Source: Octopus bimaculoides
Lineage: Eukaryota
Length of the DNA stretch: 64,000 bases
Assembly (NCBI RefSeq): GCF_001194135.2
Contig: NC_068990.1
Span: 94,385,856 to 94,449,855 of the forward strand
Direction of reading: 5' to 3'
Every line of letters begins with the position of its first letter. Position 1 is the first letter of the stretch. A model generated the notes under the pieces. The model was given only the letters and a program-made list of their open reading frames with translations, did no database searches and was not told where the DNA came from. Positions 48,770-61,145 of the stretch are shown piece by piece. The position numbers were made by a program, and so were the translations under genes.

Positions 48770-49380
48770 CTAGAATGAAAGGCAGATTGTACAATGCCTC
48801 TGTATGTACAGCTATGCTACATGGCAGTGAAACATGGGCTTTGACTACAGAGGACTTGCAAAAGCTTGAAAAAAGCTAGAAAAAAGCTAGCATGCTCCAC
48901 TGGAGAGATAATGTCAATATGCACACATGGCAGAGTGTAAATGATTCAAGAGAAAAATTGGGTATAACAGGCATCAGATGTTGTGTGCAAAAGACAAGAC
49001 TGCGCTGGCTTGGTCATGTGATGCATATGGACGAGGACAGCTGCATGAAGAAGTACCAATCTCTAATTGTGGAGGGAACATGTAGAAGGGGTAGACCCAG
49101 GAAGACATGGGACAAAGTGGTAAGAAAGGATCTTCAAACACTGGGTCTCACTGAGGAAATGACAAGGGACCAGGAGTTGTGGCAATTTGCTGTACTTGAG
49201 AAGACACATCAAGCGAAGGAAAATTGTTGTCATCCATACATACAGGCTTGTCCTTTACAAGTGTCGGTGCCACATGAAATGCACTTGTATCAGTGCTGCG
49301 TAAATGCACCCAGCACACTCTGTAAAGTGGTTGATATTAGGAAGGGCATCCAGCCATAGAAACCATGACACAACAGACAA
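48770..49380 (+). mobile_element. RTE-clade LINE 3' fragment
   Basis: MKGRLYNASVCTAMLHGSETW, RLRWLGHVMHMDEDSC, RRGRPRKTWDKVVRKDL. Confidence 0.88.
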
Positions 49381-50010
49381 CTGGAGTTTGGACAGCTCCT
49401 ATCAAACTGTCCAGCCTATACGATAAATGATGAAGAAGATGATGTTGAAAGGCTGAGAAGGAAGCGCGTCAAAGGAAAAGATCTTTGCTGGCGCCTATTT
49501 GATGCAAAGTTGTGATTGATCAGATTTGGTTTATAATGTGGGCAATATTGTAGTGAATTTTAATATTGAGCAATTGCTAAACATTCCTGCCACAGAATAT
49601 TCCATGAACATGAGATGACTAAAAATTTCTATTTGGATAATTTTATTTATTTTTAATCATTCTCTTATTTTCCTTCTGGTGAAAGAAATGTTCTTTATGT
49701 CCACAGATAAAGATGTCTGGATTTACCGTGGAGTTCTGAGATGGATTTTGGCAGAAAAAGAGATTGTTTTACAAAGGATTTAAACATCCTTTTTTGGGTT
49801 GGTGGGTTTTGCAGTTGGCAAAATAGTTTGCTCAACCAGAAAACCTTCAAAAGCTGTGAATGGACAATAGTTAAAATTCTTGCCACAGTAATTAGAATGT
49901 ATGTAGAAGACTTTATCACCAGCATAAAAAAAAAAAAAAAGAAAATAGGCATTTAATTGTACAGGGAAATCATGTTCCTTATATATATTTTCCTCTTCTT
50001 TAAACCATAC

Positions 50011-50125
50011 CTTTTTATATTTAGCTTTAGGATGGAGGCAAGATGTTACTATTTGTAGCCATTCTCCTTCTTTGGGGGATTCACTAAAAATGAAAGCTTC
50101 TTTACTGAGATCCAGCTCTTGAAAC
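50011..50125 (-). CDS. OCRL: OCRL exon (5-phosphatase)
   Basis: ctttattag|G...AAG|gtatgg; [38 protein letters not shown]. Confidence 0.95.
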
Positions 50126-50813
50126 CTAATAAAGAAAAGTATGTAATTATATATATGTATATATATATATGCATATGTATATATATAGTCAATCTAAACA
50201 AGAACAAGCAAGAAAAAACAACAATGCGAGGACGTGGTAAAAGTACTGTGTTATTGGACGCTCAAGAGAGGATAGAAAACAAAGAGGATTCCACGTTTTG
50301 AGCAGAGCTCTTCATCAGAAATAAAAAAAAAAGTCCAAAGAAGGGAGGACAGAGAAAGAAAATCGCCAACAATACACACGCAGTCACATATTGAAAATAT
50401 ATATTAAAGTGCAACCCAAAGTATATTATTGCTTTGCACTGAAACAACAGAAAATACTGAATGATATAATGTTCTCCGTAAAAAAAAAAAATGACTCAGG
50501 AATTTCAATTTGTTTTATAAAAATGATGAGTTATGTATTAAAGGAAATCCAAGACAAAACTTGTGCTAAAATATCTTCCAAGAGGAAGTGTGCAGGTTAT
50601 TATAAAAAAACAAAATTAAAAGAGTAAAAGAGTATAGAATATTTTGCAGAAGGAACAAACAATCTGTTGATCATGATTCATGTGTATAATAAAGCTGTGA
50701 AGAAAATGAAAAAGTTGGAGTCTAATTTTTTTTTAACTATTAAAGGGTAGGTTTAATATAATTTATATATACAAAAATTGCTGTGGTTTTTAAGTAAAGA
50801 GTAATATACACAC

Positions 50814-50915
50814 CCAACAGCATAAATATCTGGGGGTTCAGGATCAGATGCTAACCATGTATGGATTGAAACAGTAGGGGACTGGCCATTCACATTCCAG
50901 GTGCCACAGAAAACT
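50814..50915 (-). CDS. OCRL: OCRL exon (start of 5-phosphatase domain)
   Basis: tgtcttcag|A...GG|gtgtgt; [33 protein letters not shown]. Confidence 0.95.
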
Positions 50916-51951
50916 CTGAAGACAAAATAAAATACACATAGAAAAGCAATATCACTGATTTAACAACTAAGATTGTAATTAGGTAATATTCCTCCAAATT
51001 TCTATAATGGCACCAGAGAGACAAACTGACATTTCATAAGATGGACAAGATCAATGAATTTCAAATTATGAAGAAAATATTTCAGGTTTTCAGACAAATA
51101 AAAAAATTGAGTCAAGTACATCAACATCAGCAATATCAAAATCAAATCAAATGGAAATTGTAGTTGTGAGCCCCGTGCCAGTAGCACGTAAAAAGCACCA
51201 TCTGAACATGGCCAATGCCAGTGCTGCCTTGACTGGCTTCCGTGCTGGTGGTACATAAAAAGCACCATCCAATCGCGGCCGATGCTAGCTCCTCTGGCCC
51301 CTTGTGCCGGTGGCATGTAAAAAGGACCATCCAATCACAGCCAATGCCAGCTCCTCTGGCCCCTTGTGCAGGTGGCACGTAAAAAGCACCAGCTACACTC
51401 TCGGAATGGTTGGCATTAGGAAGGGCATCCAGCTGTAGAAACACTGCCAGATCAGATTGGAGCCTGGTGCGAATTCCTGGCTTGCCAGACCCCAGTCAAA
51501 CTGTCTGACCCATGCCAGCATGGAAAATGGACGTTAAACGATGATGATGAAAGAAGTCTGAAGGATTTGTTAATTTATCATTATATTCTGTAGTAAACGA
51601 AAGAAAAATTTTCCCCCAAATATGGTTGTAAGATAAGTAAATGTTAAGAAGCTCAAATTAATGACAGCATATATCACATTATCTTAATCCAAAGATTAAG
51701 TAGATAAGTCATACATTAAAGGACTCAATACCGACCACTTCACATTGGGTACTGGAACCCTTTATCATAACACCATCACTAGCATCAGTGTCTTGTCCCC
51801 TTTCTATAATACGTTGTTTCTGTTATCCCCTGAAGGAAGGGGAGTGTTGAAAGAGGACCAGAACAAAAAGGTCCTCAAAGATGGGAAAATAATGGGGTCA
51901 GAGTAACAGGATTTATGGAGGATGTGAAAAATGTGTTGACCAAAAACTTAC

Positions 51952-52071
51952 TTGACTTTTTGTATGTTTGTATATTCATCTTCACAATTCATCATCAAGT
52001 GACTAACCATATTTTCTCTAGGGGTCAGCTTTTGTGAGTAACTATCCATGGTGTCATTCTTGAAAGTATCA
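51952..52071 (-). CDS. OCRL: OCRL exon (pre-catalytic helix)
   Basis: tttcttcag|T...AA|gtaagt; DTFKNDTMDSYSQKLTPRENMVSHLMMNCEDEYTNIQKV, comparable to vertebrate [20 protein letters not shown]. Confidence 0.9.
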
Positions 52072-52949
52072 CTGAAGAAAAAAAGACAAAAAAATACTGA
52101 AATATCTCAAAAGACAAACTTGTATGTTTGTTAATGTTGCTGTTGTTGTGTAACTCAAGGTTACACAATTTTGTCATCAGTTTCTAGAATACAGAAGGCA
52201 GTAATTTTGAGAGGAAGTGGTTTAGTTGATATCATCAACCTGAATACTTGCTTAGTATTTTATTTTATCAACCCCTGAGAAATGAAAGGCAAAGGTGACC
52301 TCAGGAGAATTTGAACTCAGTATATTACAAACCAAAAGAAATAACACAAGTTATTTGGTCCGATGTTCTAACAAGTTTGCATCTCTGGCATCCTAATAAT
52401 AATTCGTTCAACCCCAGTATCTGACTGGTACTTTACCTTATATTTGTTGAACTCAGAATGTAAAAAGCTAGAAGAAATACTACTGAGCATTTTGTTTGAT
52501 GACACACGAGTTTGCCAACTCACTGCCTTCCCTAATAATAATAAAATAATAATAATATAACAACAACAAATTTTATAAAGAATTTTGTTTTGAATAAGAC
52601 ACAGACATTAGTTTTTTAATTACACTGCACCTCGCCTGTTTGCACCTTTAGATGCAAAAACCTGTAGTGCCTGGACATCTTTGAGACTTGGGTGCAGCTT
52701 GTATAAAGTAAAAGAAAGGCAAATGATAATAATAGCAATAATGACCCTTTCTACTAAAGGCCTGAAATTTTGGGAGAGGGGACTAACTGATTACATCGAC
52801 CCTGGTGTTTCACTGGTACTTAATCTATTGACCTTGAATGGGTGAATGGCAAAGTTGACCCTGGCAGAATTTGAATTCAGAACATAAAGATGGACAAAAT
52901 ACTGCAAAGCATTCTGCCCAGTGTGTTAACGATTCTGCCAGCTCACAAG

Positions 52950-53330
52950 AGTACCTAATAATTGATGTGGCAGTGCCAGGAGATCAACATATCATCATGA
53001 AAGAAAGAGAAAAGATTGATAAATATGGAGAGCTGAGAATTGAGATTGCCAAGATGTGGCAGCTACGAGAGTACTTAAAGATTGTTCCTGTTGTCATTGG
53101 AGCATTGGGTTCAATACCACACAATCTGAAGAAACATTTGGAAACTTTAGAAATACCCTACAATCTAGGTGTATAGCAAAAGTCGGCATTACTTGGAACT
53201 GCACGGATATTGCGTAAAGTACTGTCTGTCCAAGGGCCTTGTTGTGACTTGATAAACAGTACAAACGCCCGGTAGACACAACATCCTTCAATCAACAACA
53301 TCATGATAGTGGATAATGTGCAAAGTCTTA

Positions 53331-53340
<10 letters not shown>
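52950..53340 (+). mobile_element. R4/Dong-like element 3' end (restriction-like endonuclease) with (AAT)n tail
   Basis: YLIIDVAVPGD...EREKIDKYGELRIEIAKMW...PVVIGALG...QKSALLGTARILRKVL, followed by (AAT)n. Confidence 0.85.
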
Positions 53341-53372
<32 letters not shown>

Positions 53373-53570
53373 TCTATTTTGCCTCAATACATCTAGTTGA
53401 ATGAAAATGTCATGCTCTCAATACTGCCATCAAAAATAAAATGTTTAAGATAACCAAACAACCATAAATGAAATTAAATGAAAAGATGAAAGATAACAAA
53501 ACAACAGTGGAGAACAGATAAGAACAACAACAAAACAAGTAATTCCTCTGTTGAAGAGTTGAAAACTTAC

Positions 53571-53811
53571 AATGTTTCATTTAATGAATCGTTGCTTCGA
53601 GCCAAATCTGAGAAATTCTTTAGTTTGCTGTTGGAATTGGCAGGATGCAATAATGCAGGTGAAGCTGATCTAGAGTCTGGCCCACTTCCAGTGCCCTTTC
53701 TTGTATAAACAACAGGAGATCGATTGCGGGGCTTGTGTTCAACTTGTAACCGGGATGAAGCATCAACCCTTGAGGCATGTGTACAAAGTTCAGTGTCATC
53801 TTTCACTGGTT
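53571..53811 (-). CDS. OCRL: OCRL exon (low-complexity PH-phosphatase linker)
   Basis: Long pyrimidine tract ...ttccactccag|AA and donor TT|gtaagt. Open 241 nt (EPVKDDTEL...SNDSLNET); phase 2 fits the next exon. No Met, so an upstream coding exon is needed. Confidence 0.8.
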
Positions 53812-56800
53812 CTGGAGTGGAAAAAGGGAGGGAAATAATAAATAAATAAAAACAGGAGTTAGACATGTCTTTAGAACAAACAGATTCCACTTTCTTCCTC
53901 GTGTAATAACATTCCCTCTTCACATTTAGCTCCAAAATACTCATCAGTTTCCACAAAAGTTGATATATTCTTTGTTCTTACCTGTATTAATTGTAGGCAG
54001 GTGAAGCAGGTGATCCGACAACTCTTACCCCTTCCTCCACCTCACTAAAAATATTTCATGCATGCAAACATTATCACTGATAAAGAACTTGGTCTGTAAC
54101 AATTTTACTTTTCTAAAATTGAAGGTGGTTTTAGGCTAATTTTTAGGTGCTGATTTCAAATAATAGACAACACACCATATTTAAATTGCCTTCTAATGTT
54201 GTTTGTGCATTTTGTATGATGCACAGAAGGCATGATGCTGTGGAATTTTCTGAGATAAAATCTTTTCATAGACTTGTGTTAACAAACACTTATATGAGAG
54301 CAAGACAAATATTGTTACTATACAATATAGGCCAGAAATGGGGAAAATAGCTTATCATCATTATTTAAAAAAAATTTTTTTTTTTTGCATTTTAGGAAAA
54401 TTATCAGTGATACGAATTCGTTATTTCAAACTTTTCTGTTCATTTAATACTGAAGTAGTATTTACAAGTCTATTTAAAGATGAAAGTCAATTTCTGACAA
54501 AGCCCACATGCCACAACCTCCCACTTACTATATCACAGTGAAAGAATCAGAGAATGAGACTATAAGTTAACAGGCTACTAATAAAGACAATACTATATAG
54601 CATATAATACAGGTTTTGCAATGAAGGAATAGTTATAAACTATATTCAAGTACTTCTTATGAAGTCGAAACTGTAAATTTTGTAAGGTAACAAGAGTGGG
54701 AGAGCAGTTTGAAATTTATTTTTCTTGAGAGTTTTTCTAAGATGGCTTGCATATAAAACTAGCCTCGATAACTACAGGAATGTATTTCCTTATTTCTGTA
54801 ATAGTTGGTTGTGTTTTTGAGTACAATGAAGGCCCAAGGAAAACTAACTTCTACATTTTCTAGCTGTTTGTTTAACTTGTAACCTAATATGGCCAGTACC
54901 AGTGGGTGTAGGATGTGCAAGTACTGCATAGATGTCTTGCTACATCTGTGGCAATGCAATTTCAGATTTTGTTACAAGAAAATATTTTACAAATTTTGGA
55001 ATGAAATTGGCCAATCAAACCAAAACCAAGTCCTTCTCACTAATCACCCAAATTTCCATTGTAAATCAGAAGTAATTAACTAAAAGAAACAAGATGGGAT
55101 TTGGTGTAGCAACAGTCTGGGAAGAACTGACAAATCATATTTGAGATTGCTTTTTTGTTTGATCTATATTTAGGGACATATCTCCAAGACCCTAATGAAG
55201 AGACATTACCAACTAGTCATTGTGCTAAAGTGCTTGTTGTATTTTTTAAGTTAGATGCCATCAATAAACTGCATGCTGTACATTGGAAGGAAGCACTGAA
55301 GATGAAATCTACTGATACAAGAGGAGCTAAACGCTTCACCCAGTTTAAATCTTTCAAGACTCAACAGAATTCCTGGGAACTGGGTTAAATCAAAATTACC
55401 TGCGAGTTCCAGGAACAACATTTAACTTTCATTGGTACAAAGAAAAAAAAAAAAAAGATCTGATGCAGCTCTTTTAGTAAAGGAGATGATTTGTAAAATT
55501 TTGGAATGAACCAAACAAATGACAGATTTTTATAAAAAAGGTTAAAATTAAATCTAAAGTGTGTTTTTGCTGAGCAATGGAAATGTATTTGGTTCTGCCA
55601 GGCCATTCAATACATGAAACCATGAATGTGGTATTGGAAAAGGCTTAAATACTTCCAACACAACTGAATGATATGTGGAGATCAAAAAGTGATTTTCACG
55701 TTGTTTAATCAACAAAACAGTTACACTAGATTTCATGGGGTGGGAGAATTGTGCTCATGGGACAACTGAGTTAAAAGAGACCATTGCGTGAGAAAAGAAT
55801 GGTCGGAAAGAAGAGTTTTTGAGGTTAGAAAGTAGAATATTATGAACATCCCCCTTAGTAAACAGTGAACATATCTTGTTCCCAGCATTTCATATTAAAT
55901 TAGATTTGACAAAAACATTAATGTATTAGCTAAGGTAGATGATTCAAATATCTATCGAGAAACTGAAGGTAGTTATCTTTGATGGGTTTAACAATGAAAG
56001 ATGAGCTATTTATGGGTTTACTTAAACCTGTTAAAAGAAAATACTCAGGTAGCTTTTTTTGGTAACAACAAATCCCGAAATTACAATGTGATAAATAACT
56101 TCCAGAAGCTAGGGTATGAATATTAAAGTGTATTAAAGTGTATTAAAGGGTATGAATATTAAAGTGTATTGCCTGCACAACCAATTGGGCTACTTTTTTT
56201 TTGCCATTTTGGGGGTAAAGAGCAAGGTGACCATTTCCATTAACTCATGAAAAAAACTATAGACGTAAGCTACCAGGAATGATGAAATACAAATACAATG
56301 ACAGACTAATTATCAATGTTTTATAATCCAAGAAGAGAAAGATGCTTCCTTAATTCTTAAACAGTTCACTTGCCATTCCAACCTTGTTTTTATATTTAGT
56401 CTACATTTTCAGTTGCTAAATTAACATGAAATAGAGAGAATTTGTTGCCTAACTGATGCATCTCTTGCCACAATACTATTTTATTATATGTGAGTTATTT
56501 CAGTGACATTTGATGTATTTGACTGTTTTATTGTGGTTGGATAGTGTAAGAATAACTACAGATGTGTAACAATTTAATAAATTAAAACAATAAAATGTAT
56601 ATTTCATAAAAGTGGTACCTAAGTATAACATGGAAAAGATTAGATTTTCCATAAAGCAGTTAAAATCACTCTCTTTATAATTATAGATTATATCCTTTAC
56701 ACTGTATTCCTAAAATTGAAAAAAAAAGAAGGAAAAAACTTGATGTGATACATCATCATCATCATCATCATCATCATTTAGCATCCGTTGATGATGACAG

Positions 56801-56829
56801 ACAGAAGATTTGAAAGAGGAAGGATGCGG

Positions 56830-57600
56830 GGGATGATCAGCTCTGATTGATAGAGCTGATCATTGTTCCTTGGTGGCTGTCTTCAGGCCAGCTGCTTTTG
56901 AGCCTGTTTGCAGAGGTTGGATAGTCTCAATGTACAATAGTATCTGCTCAGCGGTCAGACTAAATGGCCACCAACTGGAATGTTTCCATTTTGTACAGAC
57001 AGCAACAGAAGAAACTGTCCAACTTTGGAGTCGTGTATGTTTTGCATTGTGGACTGGATGTGGAACTAGAGAGATTGTGGCATCCAATAAGGCGAAAGAG
57101 TCTCGCATACCCTGCATCAGTTCTTGCTCTCCTAGAATGGCAGCCCACAATGTGGCTTTTTTACAATTGTGTGTGTGTGATAGGTACAGTGACAAGAGAC
57201 ATTCAACAACCCTTTCAGCTTTAATCTGGAAACTTAAAGACAAAGGGACCAGTTTCAACATGAACGGAAAATCCACTCCAAATCCAAACCCTATATTAGT
57301 GGGTCCAAAAACTGTTCAGTATGTTCTCTTGAAAAACTTGAGAACCTCCAATGAATATATAAATTCGAGGAAAGAGATTTTTTTTTCTGTATGTCTGCAT
57401 TTCAAGAAATACATCTCGTTGGAAGTTAAAAGACCACAGACACTCGGTAAACCATCAACGTCTGGTTTATGTCTGCTGGACAGCAAATTATTGGTAATCT
57501 TGGTTATCTCCCTTGTGTTGTTCTTCTTGTCTGCCAGCATCCATATCTAAACGTTATCTGCTCAAAAGACAACTGACAAATGGTGTGGTTTTCAGTTTGA
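56830..57600 (+). mobile_element. Degenerate Penelope-like element, GIY-YIG C-terminal part (Naiad-like motif)
   Basis: HSTTLSALIWKLKDKGTSFN, then after a frameshift IHSKSKPYISGSKNCSVCSLEKL, then NSRKEIF..VCLHFKK; matches the PLE tail STELSKYIWxLK...KPY...CxLCxxEK...NxRxE...CRH. Confidence 0.7.
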
Positions 57601-57804
57601 TAAATGGTGGAAACAAATTATTTTGACCAGGAAACCTTGGGTTACTATAACTGCAACAAGATTTGTGGTTTTAGATTATAAGATTTTATATATATATATA
57701 TAATAATTTTTTTCCCAGAGGATGTAGCAACCGTTACCAATATAGCATAAGAACTTACCTTAGGAGATCATTAATTAGATTCCTTAAGGGTCGTTCTCAC
57801 AGTT

Positions 57805-57956
57805 TATATTTATATCATAAGGTTTTTAAACTTTTAAATTTTCATATTCAAAAGAGACAGAGACTTCAAATTCGATATATCGATTTATTCGATATATCGA
57901 ATTTGAAGTCTCTGTCTCTTTTGAATATGAAAATTTAAAAGTTTAAAAACCTTATG

Positions 57957-57967
<11 letters not shown>
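57805..57967. repeat. Perfect inverted repeat, 79-bp arms, 5-nt spacer
   Basis: 57805-57883 is the exact reverse complement of 57889-57967; spacer TTTAT; runs into (AT)n. Confidence 0.95.
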
Positions 57968-58006
<39 letters not shown>

Positions 58007-58104
58007 ACTGCCAGATCAGATTGGGGCCTGGTGCAGCCTCCCGGGGAAAATGAACTTACACTCACCCACCCATGCCACACGAACATATATGATGGGCTTC
58101 TTTA

Positions 58105-58331
58105 GTTTCTTATTTCTTTATTACCCACAAGGAGCTAAACATAGAGGGGACAAACAAGGGGATTAAGTCGATTACATCAACCCCAGTGCATGACTGGTAC
58201 TTAATTTATCAATCGCAAAAGGATGAATGGCAAAGTCGACCTCAGCAGAATTTGAACTCAGGACGTGACGGCAGACGAAATACCGCCAAGCATTTTGCCC
58301 GGCGTGCTAACGACTCTGCCAGCTCACCGCC
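58105..58331 (-). mobile_element. tRNA-related SINE, near full-length copy (family 1)
   Basis: 5' GGCGGTGAGCTGGCAGAGTCGTTAGCACGCCGGGC (A-box-like) and GAGTTCAAATTC (B-box-like). Partial copies at ~3597-3687, 18880-18965, 19600-19770, 20290-20440, 20500-20670, 37250-37330, 52230-52530, 52790-52945, 62590-62830. Confidence 0.8.
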
Positions 58332-58488
58332 TTCTTCAGTTTCTGTTTAGCAATTTCCCTCATCAGGTATTAGTTGACCTGTGGCTATCGTATAAAATTT
58401 TAGCCAATGACATCCGTGCAGTGGAATTGAACTCCTAGTAATTTGACTCCAAAGTAAATTTCTTAACCTATAGCCATGTCTGTACCTA

Positions 58489-58537
<49 letters not shown>

Positions 58538-58624
58538 CACACATTCACATATGCAAATATATATATACTTTATATATATGTGTGTACATAGTTCAGAAAT
58601 GTATATTTCAGAAACACACACACA

Positions 58625-58905
58625 CACACATCATCATCATCATCATCGTTTAACGTCCGCTTTCCATGCTAGCATGGGTTGGACGATTTGACTGAGGACT
58701 GGTGCAACCGGATGGCAACACCAGGCTCCAATCTAATTTGGCAGAGTTTCTACAGCTGGATGCCCTTCCTAACGCCAACCACTTAGAGAGTGTAGTGGGT
58801 GCTTTTACGTGTCACCCGCACGAAAACGGCCACGCTCGAAATGGTGTCTTTTATGTGCCACCCGCACAAGAGCCGGTCCAGGGGCACTGGCAACGATCTC
58901 ACTTT
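58625..58905. mobile_element. Young RTE-tail SINE-like repeat
   Basis: Same consensus and orientation as 27145-27318. Confidence 0.85.
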
Positions 58906-59759
58906 GGTGAAAGATATAAACACCAATGAGAAAGCCAGTTATAAACTAGTTANNNNNNNNNNNNNNNNNNNNNNNNNNNNNNNNNNNNNNNNNNNNNNNN
59001 NNNNNNNNNNNNNNNNNNNNNNNNNNNNNNNNNNNNNNNNNNNNNNNNNNNNNNNNNNNNNNNNNNNNNNNNNNNNNNNNNNNNNNNNNNNNNNNNNNNN
59101 NNNNNNNNNNNNNNNNNNNNNNNNNNNNNNNNNNNNNNNNNNNNNNNNNNNNNNNNNNNNNNNNNNNNNNNNNNNNNNNNNNNNNNNNNNNNNNNNNNNN
59201 NNNNNNNNNNNNNNNNNNNNNNNNNNNNNNNNNNNNNNNNNNNNNNNNNNNNNNNNNNNNNNNNNNNNNNNNNNNNNNNNNNNNNNNNNNNNNNNNNNNN
59301 NNNNNNNNNNNNNNNNNNNNNNNNNNNNNNNNNNNNNNNNNNNNNNNNNNNNNNNNNNNNNNNNNNNNNNNNNNNNNNNNNNNNNNNNNNNNNNNNNNNN
59401 NNNNNNNNNNNNNNNNNNNNNNNNNNNNNNNNNNNNNNNNNNNNNNNNNNNNNNNNNNNNNNNNNNNNNNNNNNNNNNNNNNNNNNNNNNNNNNNNNNNN
59501 NNNNNNNNNNNNNNNNNNNNNNNNNNNNNNNNNNNNNNNNNNNNNNNNNNNNNNNATGATAGGAAGTCTTAAATATGCAGGGAAAAACAGAAAGAAAGGA
59601 AAAAAAAAAAGAATGGTAATTGGTGTTTGGGACTTCCTGGTGATGTGTGTTTGAGTGTGTAAACAAATATCATCATCATCATCATTATCTAGCCAAGCTT
59701 AATCCACACATAATATCCATCTTTAATCCACACATGGTATCCATCTTTGTCCTCTATTA

Positions 59760-60145
59760 GTTGAGGCCGTTTCAGATTGATTGATGGGATCTCCACCAGT
59801 GTTGGATCCTTGATGATTGGGAGCAATGAGTTTGGTAAGTAAACATATACTTGGGTCTATGTTAGGCAGGTCCTCCTCCTTCCATGCATTCTCTGCATTC
59901 AGCAACCTTTCCTAGTGGCACTTCTATGCTTCCTTCTTTGCAGAGTCACCAACTGCAAGTGAGCCCTCATCCATGCGAACACACTTCTCTCTTATAACAT
60001 CTCAGTTTTCTCTTTGAAACGTTGTCTTGCAATCCGAAACACCTCAAGTCTCTGGCCCTCACGCCACAGAACATTGGCAAACTTCTTCCTTTCTGCTTCC
60101 CCCAAGGCTAAGTATGCTTGCCTTCTAGCTTCCCTTCTACCTGAC
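59760..60145 (-). mobile_element. RTE-clade LINE fragment (between endonuclease and RT)
   Basis: REARRQAYLALGEAERKKFANVLWREGQRLEVFRIARQ...LNAENAWKEEDLPNIDP. Confidence 0.75.
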
Positions 60146-60719
60146 GTATGTGTGTGTGTGTGTGTGTGTATATTACACACACACACACACAATTTACAGA
60201 CACATACATTTAAATATGTATGTCAACATAGAGAGGGCAAAAGATGCAAATATTATCAAGAAAACTAAGAAACTGATGCTGCCAAACAAAAACCTCTGGT
60301 GGTATTTCTTCTGCCCAAGTTGCATAGAACAATTCCTTGTTTCCCTCAACAATGTAAATGTAAGGAAATATATCAATTGACTTATTGAACCAACAGCTTT
60401 TCGAGCAGTGAACAGTATGTTATATTTACACAAGTGCACATAAAATACTCTCTCAACCCCCACAGATGTCACATGTGTAGCATGTCGAACATGAAGTATA
60501 TATATATATATATATATATATATCACACTGCATCTAATGTATTAGCACACCCTGTATGCACATACTGGTGCTATTGTCACTATTATCACCTCAAACACAA
60601 TACCATACACAATATATAATCATCATCATTTAACGCCTGCTTTCCATGCTGGCATGGGTTGGACAGTTTGACTGAAAACTGGCAAGCAAAGAGGCTGCAC
60701 CAGGCTCAATCTGTTTTTG

Positions 60720-61145
60720 GGTATTTTTTATGTGCCACNNNNNNNNNNTCAATCTGTTTTTGGGTATTTTTTATGTGCCACCAGCATTGGAGCCAGTCAA
60801 GCAGCACTGGCATCAACCATGCTCGGATGGTGCCTTTTATGTGTCACTGGCACAGGTGCCAATCAGGCGGCACTGGCACCAACCACGCTTGAATGATGCT
60901 TTTTACATGTTACTGGCACAGGAGCCAGCCAGGTGGCACTGGTATTGACCACATTTGAATGATGCTTTTATGTGCCACTGGCATGAGTGCCATTCAGGTG
61001 GCACTTGTATGGACCACGCTTGAATAGTGCTTTTTACATGCCACTGGCATAGAAACCAGTCAGGCGGCACTAGCATTGGTTACGCTCAAGTGGTGCTTTA
61101 CACATGCCACTGGCACAGGTGCTAGTCGGGTGGCACTGACTTTGG
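60720..61145. repeat. ~55-bp minisatellite from the internal part of the RTE-tail SINE
   Basis: About 7 copies of (gg)tgcttttacatgccactggcac...cagg(c/t)ggcactgg. Confidence 0.75.

Larger units (their letters stand above)
21574..53811 (-). other. OCRL: OCRL/INPP5B-family inositol polyphosphate 5-phosphatase gene span (5'-partial; 20 coding exons, 2306 nt, about 767 aa)
   Basis: All 19 junction phases checked and in frame. Motifs [34 protein letters not shown] and SDHKPV, then ASH and RhoGAP-like domains. The acidic C-terminus has no CaaX box (OCRL-like rather than INPP5B-like). Confidence 0.93.

Noticed and set aside
53571-53811. AP-2-binding FxDxF motif at the linker junction (NETFDTF)
   Set aside because: Spacing is F-D-T-F, not F-x-D-x-F.
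55399-55440. Short minus-strand ORF MKVKCCSWNSQ ending at donor CAG|gtaatt as the OCRL start exon
   Set aside because: Ends in phase 0 while the next exon needs phase 1; no homology.
56110-56170. Short tandem duplications (gggtatgaatattaaagtgtatt; also 59700-59750)
   Set aside because: Ordinary slippage duplications in intronic DNA with no sign of function.
56870-57550. 226-aa ORF as a host gene
   Set aside because: Only its C-terminal part shows homology, to a frameshifted Penelope GIY-YIG; TE remnant.
58105-58331. tRNA gene (A/B-box-like motifs)
   Set aside because: No cloverleaf; many degenerate copies with shared 3' bodies indicate a SINE.
60705-60775. Direct repeat tcaatctgtttttgggtattttttatgtgccac on both sides of a 10-N gap
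   Set aside because: Typical unmerged contig overlap; assembly artefact.
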